In this document: positions 58,845-64,000 of the stretch, piece after piece | Position numbering within the stretch: the first letter of the stretch is position 1 | Layout of the letters: every line of letters begins with the position of its first letter | Assembly: GCA_036388255.1 (NCBI GenBank) | Contig: DASVSD010000015.1 | Coordinates: 1,962-65,961, forward strand | Direction: 5' to 3' | Origin: Allosphingosinicella sp. | GTDB taxonomy: Bacteria; Pseudomonadota; Alphaproteobacteria; Sphingomonadales; Sphingomonadaceae | Length of the DNA: 64,000 nucleotides | Notes under the pieces: model-generated | What the model was told of the DNA's origin: nothing | What the model saw: the letters and a program-made list of their open reading frames with translations, nothing else | The model's database searches: none | Made by a program: the position numbers and the translations under genes

Positions 58845-59110
58845 ATTACCAACCTTCAGGGAAGCGCATAATCTAGCTCCAGCTCGCGGCTCTGTAGCGA
58901 ACGCGGGTTAACACGGAGTTTGCTTCCGCGCCTCAGACCTTCACGTCCTGACGGACCGCAACGGCTTTTGCAACATCTAATCACTGTGGCTGGTGGATTT
59001 CCAGGGCATTCGATGCGGAGACCCCGCGGGTTTAGCGCTGAACGGTGCGCACCTGTCGCCGGGCCCGTGTGCCGCCCGCCGGCACCGCTTTCCGCCTCGC
59101 CTGGGCCGAA

Positions 59111-59334
59111 GGCTGAAAATGATTTCACGCGGAGGCGCGGAGAGGAAGGCAAAGGAGGCGCGGAGGCGTAGAGAAGAAGGAGGAAGGCCTGCGGCGCCAG
59201 ACCGCCTCATCCTTCCGTCTTTCGCGCCTTCGCGTCTTCGCGTGAGCCAAATCTATCATCTTCCTCCTCCGCGCCTCTGCGTCTCTGCGCGAGCGATCTC
59301 TGTCTCCGCCTTCCCTCCGCGCCTCCGCGTGAAA
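59111..59334. repeat. Octamer-based palindromic repeat element, copy 1
   Basis: Perfect 20-bp IR TTTCACGCGGAGGCGCGGAG (59123-59142) / CTCCGCGCCTCCGCGTGAAA (59315-59334), enclosing CTTCGCGT and CTCTGCGT variants. Confidence 0.8.
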
Positions 59335-59423
59335 CCACCCTTCCTGCTTCGTCTCCCCCTTTCCCCATTCACCATTCCTTTCCGTGCATTGCGCTATCCC
59401 GTCGCGGGTCGAAAGGATCTCGC

Positions 59424-59822
59424 ATGGGTAGAACGTACTCGCCGGCGCTCGGCATCTTCCGGGCGCTGATGCCGGTCCTCTTCTGCGGGGGCTTCCTCGT
59501 CTATTTCGCCGGCGTCGAGCGCTGGACCGGCGTGCCGGTCGGCGACGCGCTGACCCCCACCATCTTCGGGCTCGGCCTGCTCACCCTCCTCTTCGCCATC
59601 CCGCTGGTCCTGCGCATCGCCCGCCTGCTCGGCCCGCCGCCCCCGCGCAGGCCCGGCTCCCCGCCGCGCCAGGAGCCGCTCGCGGACGAGCGCAGCGACT
59701 TCGATGCGGACGCCGCAATCGCCCGCTACCTGGCGCGCCGCGAGGCCGGCGGTCCCCCGTCTCCGCCCGCTCCCGCCGCCGCCGCCCCGCCGCCCCCCGG
59801 CTTCGGCCGCAAGACCCGCTGA
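59424..59822 (+). CDS. Hypothetical two-TM membrane protein
   Basis: AAAGGA RBS; two hydrophobic helices; FDADAAIARYLA and GFGRK tail. Confidence 0.7.
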   Translation: MGRTYSPALGIFRALMPVLFCGGFLVYFAGVERWTGVPVGDALTPTIFGLGLLTLLFAIPLVLRIARLLGPPPPRRPGSPPRQEPLADERSDFDADAAIARYLARREAGGPPSPPAPAAAAPPPPGFGRKTR

Positions 59823-59843
59823 GCCGCGTCTCGCCTCCGCCGA

Positions 59844-59995
59844 GGCTGAAATGATCTCACGCGAAGCCGCGAAGCCGCGAAGAGGAGAAGGGATTGAGGC
59901 CTGCGGCGCCGTCGCCTCGGCCTTCGCGCCTTCGCGTCTTCGCGTGAGCCACCCTGCTTTTTTCTCCTCCGCGCCTTCGCGCCCTGGCGCGAGCC
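59844..59995. repeat. Octamer-based palindromic repeat element, copy 2
   Basis: CTCACGCGAAGCCGCGAAG ... CTTCGCGTCTTCGCGTGAG; contains a 28-mer identical to copy 1. Confidence 0.8.
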
Positions 59996-60003
59996 GATCC
60001 TGC

Positions 60004-60297
60004 CTAAGCCTCCAGCACCGCCGGCCCCGCGACCGGATCGGTCACCCCCCGCCCGGGCGCAACCTCCTCGAGCGTGTCCCTGAACGAATCGAGGGTCGCG
60101 ATCATCGCCTCGCGCGCGCCGGCGAGCGCCGCCATGTCGTCCCATTCGGCGATCAGGCAATAGCCGCCCCCGCCGGTCTCGACGATGTGCGCGCGCCTGA
60201 GGCCCGGCCAGCGCGCCGCGATCCCGCGATGCGCGTCGAGGAACGCACCCTCGCGCCCGGCCTTCACCCTGAAGCGCACCGCGTTGAATGCCGTCAT
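60004..60297 (-). CDS. Small dimeric alpha-beta barrel (ABM-like) protein
   Basis: MTAFNAVRFRVKAGRE...YCLIAEW...LDSFRDTLE..GVTDPV; GGGAGG RBS. Confidence 0.75.
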   Translation of the reverse strand: MTAFNAVRFRVKAGREGAFLDAHRGIAARWPGLRRAHIVETGGGGYCLIAEWDDMAALAGAREAMIATLDSFRDTLEEVAPGRGVTDPVAGPAVLEA

Positions 60298-60354
60298 GCC
60301 CAACCTCCCTCGAAACACGCGGACCGCTCGCCCCCGCTCGCAGCGCCGCCGCCC

Positions 60355-60843
60355 TCACCCGCGCCGGCAGCGCCGCATCCGCGTCGTCTCGCCGTCTTTG
60401 GTGAGGATCATCTCGTCCTCCGACGCCCGCGCCACCCGGAAGCGCCAGATTCCGTGCCGGCTCGCCTCTGGCGCGTCCTCGTCGAGGCTGTGCCAGTCGA
60501 TCGTCAGCCGGTCGCCGGCAAGCTCCCACAGGCCGTTCAGGAAGTCGCCGCTGAACGCCAGATCAGGCGACAGCATCCAGCCGGCGTCGGTGAAGCAGGA
60601 TTCGCCGGCCGGCACCCAGGAGCCGGCGAGCCAGCTCAGCGACGGCTCCTGCCGCGGCGGCGCGACGGGCGCCGCGGCGGCGGGCGCGGGCGCCTGGGCC
60701 GCGCCGGCCTGCGGCGACGCCTGCGCCTGGCTCGGCGCCGGAGCCGGCGCGCCGCCGCCCGACACGAACAAGGCCGCCACCGAAGCGAGCGATCCGGCCA
60801 CCCCGATCCCGACCGTCGCTTTGGCCCTGAACGCGCGATTCAT
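60355..60843 (-). CDS. Hypothetical protein (single TM anchor)
   Basis: GGGGAGG RBS; WLAGSW..C motif; terminal RRC. Confidence 0.6.
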   Translation of the reverse strand: MNRAFRAKATVGIGVAGSLASVAALFVSGGGAPAPAPSQAQASPQAGAAQAPAPAAAAPVAPPRQEPSLSWLAGSWVPAGESCFTDAGWMLSPDLAFSGDFLNGLWELAGDRLTIDWHSLDEDAPEASRHGIWRFRVARASEDEMILTKDGETTRMRRCRRG

Positions 60844-60876
60844 CGACCCCTCCCCTTCTTGCGCGGATGCGGCGGC

Positions 60877-61413
60877 TCAGCCGATCAGCCGCCGCTTCGC
60901 GCTCGCAAACTCTTCGTCGGTCAGCACCCCCTGCGCGTGCAGCGCCGCCATCTCCCTGATCTGCGATGCGAGATCCCCGCCGCCGGTCCCGGCGCCGGCG
61001 GCGCCGTCCCCGCCGCCTTCGCCGGCCGCATCGTCCGCCGCCGCATGCAGCGCGGCTTTGTCGGCCGCGAGCAGCCGCTCCTGCTGGTCGCAGAGCGCCT
61101 GCAGGAAATCGAGCATGCGCTGGCGGTCCTTCGCCGGATAGCGGGCGAGGAAGCTGCGCGATTTGTCGACCTTGCCGACGAACAGGACCGACGGGTTCGA
61201 GAAGAGGCCGCCGCGGTCCGGGAAGTAATCGGCGTCGCGCACCGGGATCGTCACCGCCCCGTCCCAGGGGACGGTCTCGCCGTGCCTGGTCTTGCGCGAG
61301 GGGCGCTTGCCGAACGCGACCACGAGCTCGTCCTCGTAGAGGGCGAGCTGGTAGAATTCGCTGTCGCTGGTGATCCGGCTCGTCCAGAATTGCGCGATCG
61401 GCGTGCGCTCCAT
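60877..61413 (-). CDS. SHOCT domain-containing protein
   Basis: C-terminal IREMAALHAQGVLTDEEFASAKRRLI. Confidence 0.75.
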   Translation of the reverse strand: MERTPIAQFWTSRITSDSEFYQLALYEDELVVAFGKRPSRKTRHGETVPWDGAVTIPVRDADYFPDRGGLFSNPSVLFVGKVDKSRSFLARYPAKDRQRMLDFLQALCDQQERLLAADKAALHAAADDAAGEGGGDGAAGAGTGGGDLASQIREMAALHAQGVLTDEEFASAKRRLIG

Positions 61414-61488
61414 CCCAGGGTCCCTCCGGCTGCTGTCCGCCCGCGGCGCCTTATGCCCGACAAGCGGCGAGCCGATCAAGCGCACCCC

Positions 61489-61812
61489 CTACCGCCGCCC
61501 CCCGCCGCCGCACACCTTTCGCCCCGGCCGCGCCTCGAAGCGCCGCGGCCCCGCGATCCGGGCGGGCGTCGGCAGGCCGACGATCGCCACCTCCATGTGG
61601 CAGCGTCCGGACGTCACCCGGTAGAGATCGTGGCGGACATATTCGACCCGGTCGATCGGCTCGTTGGTGCCGAAGGCGCGGATCACGCCGGCATGGCCGA
61701 GCACGGCGCGCAGCTCCGCCAGCCGCTGGTGGTTGGGCGGCAGCGCCGCCGCGGCGGGCAAGGCGGCGAGCGCGAGGCCGGACAAGGCGATGAGGCAGGT
61801 CGAAGATCGCAT
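61489..61812 (-). CDS. Hypothetical secreted protein
   Basis: Signal peptide AAA-LPP; QRLAELRAVL; two Cys. Confidence 0.65.
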   Translation of the reverse strand: MRSSTCLIALSGLALAALPAAAALPPNHQRLAELRAVLGHAGVIRAFGTNEPIDRVEYVRHDLYRVTSGRCHMEVAIVGLPTPARIAGPRRFEARPGRKVCGGGGRR

Positions 61813-62006
61813 GGCATCCCCCGAAAGATTTGCGCCGCTCATGCTAGCGCCCCCGCTTCGCCGTCGCCAGACTCGCCCCGCAACGGGTGCAGGGGCGCAC
61901 CCGTCACCGCGGCGCGGGAGGGCATCGAAGGCGCGGCGCCGCTGTCGATGAAAAGTGCTTTCGCCGTTCCGCGCTTGCGCTATGTTCCCGCGAAGGAGGT
62001 GCGAAC

Positions 62007-62345
62007 ATGGCGAACGACGGGCAGGCAAGGCGTCAGACCCGCGCCGCTCCGGCGCATCCGCCTGAGCCGGATCCGATTGCGCGTGCCCTTCAGGGCATAC
62101 GCGAGCTCCAGCAGGCCTATCTCCTCGAGCGCATGATTTTTATCGCCGGCGGCTTTCTCTCCCTCTTGTTTGCGACCGGCGTAGGCATCTTCATGATGGT
62201 CGTCAGGGAACCGACGCTGGCCTCGATGCTGCCTTTGCTCGGCTCGGGCGGTGTCTTCATGGCCACTGGAAGCGGGGCGATGTTCTATTTCGGAAAATCG
62301 TTCGATCTCCTGCGCGAACTGGCGCTCGCGACCCGACATGGCTGA
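62007..62345 (+). CDS. Hypothetical two-TM membrane protein
   Basis: AAGGAGGT RBS; two hydrophobic helices. Confidence 0.65.
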   Translation: MANDGQARRQTRAAPAHPPEPDPIARALQGIRELQQAYLLERMIFIAGGFLSLLFATGVGIFMMVVREPTLASMLPLLGSGGVFMATGSGAMFYFGKSFDLLRELALATRHG

Positions 62346-63000
62346 TCGCACCACCGACGAGATCATCGCCGAGCTGACCCGGCGATCCCGGCGTTTCAGG
62401 CCGTTCCTGATCATCGGCCTGCTGATCGTGCTGGGCTCCTTGATCGGTTCGCTAATCTACCTGAACATCCTCCTTGGCGAGGCGCGCGACGCCCAGCGGT
62501 CGGCGGAAGGCGCGCTCGAGGCGATGAAGGATGCCGCGCGGGAAACGGACCAGTCGGCCCAGTTGACGCGTGCGGTGGAACTGGCCAGCGATGAGGCCGC
62601 GGGGGACCGCCCCCCGCAGATTCCCCTCGAGCGGATCGAGGTTCAAATCCTCATCTGCACAGGATCGCCCGCACAGAATAGGCAGCGGGCCGAAGCGTTG
62701 CGCATTGCGCGCCCTGCCGGAATGACCGGGCGGTGGCGCCGGGATTATCTCAGTCCGGAAGGAAACGCGCGCCCGAACTACCGGCTTGCACGCAACGAAA
62801 TCCGCTACAATCCGGGAGAAGAAGACGCAGCCGACCGGTTGCTGCAGATGATCCGTGGGCTGGGTTCGGATGCGGCGAAGGTGCTGACCTTCTATCCCTC
62901 CCCCAATTCGGTGAGCGTCTTCTTTTGCGAGGGGACCAACCCGCCGCCGCTCCCGGCCGCTGCCGGCGCCGCGGAGCCGCCTCCGGCCAACGCCAACTGA
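62338..63000 (+). CDS. Hypothetical membrane-anchored protein (TM, coiled coil, LytR-C-like domain)
   Basis: Overlaps the upstream gene; NEIRYNPGEEDAADRL motif. Confidence 0.6.
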   Translation: MADRTTDEIIAELTRRSRRFRPFLIIGLLIVLGSLIGSLIYLNILLGEARDAQRSAEGALEAMKDAARETDQSAQLTRAVELASDEAAGDRPPQIPLERIEVQILICTGSPAQNRQRAEALRIARPAGMTGRWRRDYLSPEGNARPNYRLARNEIRYNPGEEDAADRLLQMIRGLGSDAAKVLTFYPSPNSVSVFFCEGTNPPPLPAAAGAAEPPPANAN

Positions 63001-63118
63001 TCCGGTCGAGAGGGCTCCACGCCCCGAAAGGAAGCGCTCGATCGTCCGCGGCCGGCGGCGGCCTTGACGCTGGTCCGGGCGCGGCGCAACCTCGCCGGGC
63101 AAACAAGGGACCCCGCCA

Positions 63119-63490
63119 ATGATCCTGGCCGCCGCAATGCTCCTTCTCGCCGCCGCCCAGCCGCCCGACGCGCCCTCGACTTCGGCGCCCTGGCGCGATC
63201 TCGGCGTCGCGCGCGGCTATCACCTCTTCTACGATCCGGCCCCCGTGGCCCGCGTCGGCGAGACGCTGACCGCGCGGCTCCTCACCCGCTTCCCGGGCGC
63301 CGCCGCAACCCAGCCCGCTTACGTCGTCGGCACGGTCGAGATACGCTGCTCCGCCGGCGAGGCGCGCGTGATCCGCACGGTCAACCACCGCGCCGACGGC
63401 AGCGTCGCGAGCGAGGACACCGCGCCGATGGCCTTCGCCGCGATCCGGCCGAACACCCTGTTCGCCAGCCTCCGCCAGGCGCTCTGCTGA
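63119..63490 (+). CDS. Surface-adhesin E-like secreted protein
   Basis: Signal-like N-terminus; FYDPAPV, EIRC, IRPNT...ALC. Confidence 0.6.
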   Translation: MILAAAMLLLAAAQPPDAPSTSAPWRDLGVARGYHLFYDPAPVARVGETLTARLLTRFPGAAATQPAYVVGTVEIRCSAGEARVIRTVNHRADGSVASEDTAPMAFAAIRPNTLFASLRQALC

Positions 63491-63524
63491 GCTTCGAGCG
63501 CCGACGGCCGAAGGCGTCGTCGCG

Positions 63525-63668
63525 ATGATCGACGTCGCCGCGGTCCGCCGCCGCATCGATGGCCGCGCCGAGATCGTCGAGGAGCTGAACGACACCTTCT
63601 ACGGCCACCGCATCTTCGTCGTCCGCGATCCCAACCGCTTCCGGATCACCTTCGCCCAGATCCTCTGA
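63525..63668 (+). pseudogene. C-terminal fragment of a VOC/glyoxalase family gene
   Basis: 47-aa ORF containing NDTFYGHRIFVVRDPNRFRITFAQ; N-terminal half absent. Confidence 0.55.
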
Positions 63669-63704
63669 ACCGCCGCACCAGGGCCGTGAGCCGCGCCCTC
63701 CGGA

Positions 63705-64000
63705 TTACAAGCGAACCGTGACCGTGGTCGAAGCCTGCACCGATCCGCGCCGGCCGCCGCTGGCGCTGCAGCTCATCTGGCCTTCGTAGCGCCGCTCGCC
63801 GACCCTGTCCGCCGACACCGAACAGACGATGTTGCCCCACGCATTGTCGCTGCGATAGCCGAACCGCATCTGGAAGAAGTCGGAATTCCAGGAGCCGCGC
63901 AAGCCGATCAGGGCGCCCGCCTCCTTTTCCAGCAAGGTCGCGAAATCGCCTCCGTCACAGTCGTGAAGCGTCACGAGCTCGGTCCCAGCGAGGCTGATGA
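63705..64000 (-). CDS. Hypothetical protein (5'-partial)
   Basis: Open frame ending at 63705 that appears to extend beyond the window edge. Confidence 0.45.
   Translation of the reverse strand, partial: ISLAGTELVTLHDCDGGDFATLLEKEAGALIGLRGSWNSDFFQMRFGYRSDNAWGNIVCSVSADRVGERRYEGQMSCSASGGRRGSVQASTTVTVRL

Noticed and set aside
58861-58888. dif-like site (GAAGCGCATAA resembles a XerC arm)
   Set aside because: No XerD arm (TTATGTTAAAT) after the 6-nt spacer

Overview
High-GC alphaproteobacterial chromosomal segment. Gene content and order (mutY-DUF721-dsbA-dsbA-smc, fzlA, DUF6456/XRE pair, cydAB-DUF2474, alpha-type LexA box) point to Sphingomonadaceae; this assignment is inference. Core genes include a fatty-acid oxidation multifunctional enzyme (partial), typA, cydAB, tRNA-Gln(CTG), mutY, smc and uvrA. 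Interspersed accessory genes include an RTX/cadherin adhesin, two PIN toxin-antitoxin pairs, a type III PKS cluster, BlaI/BlaR1, an LAAO-RidA pair, a Slam plus three-lobed TbpB-like lipoprotein, an M6 protease, and lower-GC islets on both sides of uvrA. No CRISPR array, rRNA, integrase or transposase was seen. At least five families of REP-like palindromes occur, some inside or coupled to coding sequences. Best candidates for undescribed biology: (1) a lower-GC solo RelA/SpoT-synthetase + TPR-like gene, possibly a single-gene defence sensor-effector; (2) a ~160-nt multi-stem RNA leader upstream of a cell-wall hydrolase; (3) a Tat-exported TDRDPSDPxGxGRG repeat protein; (4) an atypical antitoxin; (5) a REP-derived mini-ORF that bridges cydA-cydB translational coupling. 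All calls come from reading motifs by eye; no searches were run.
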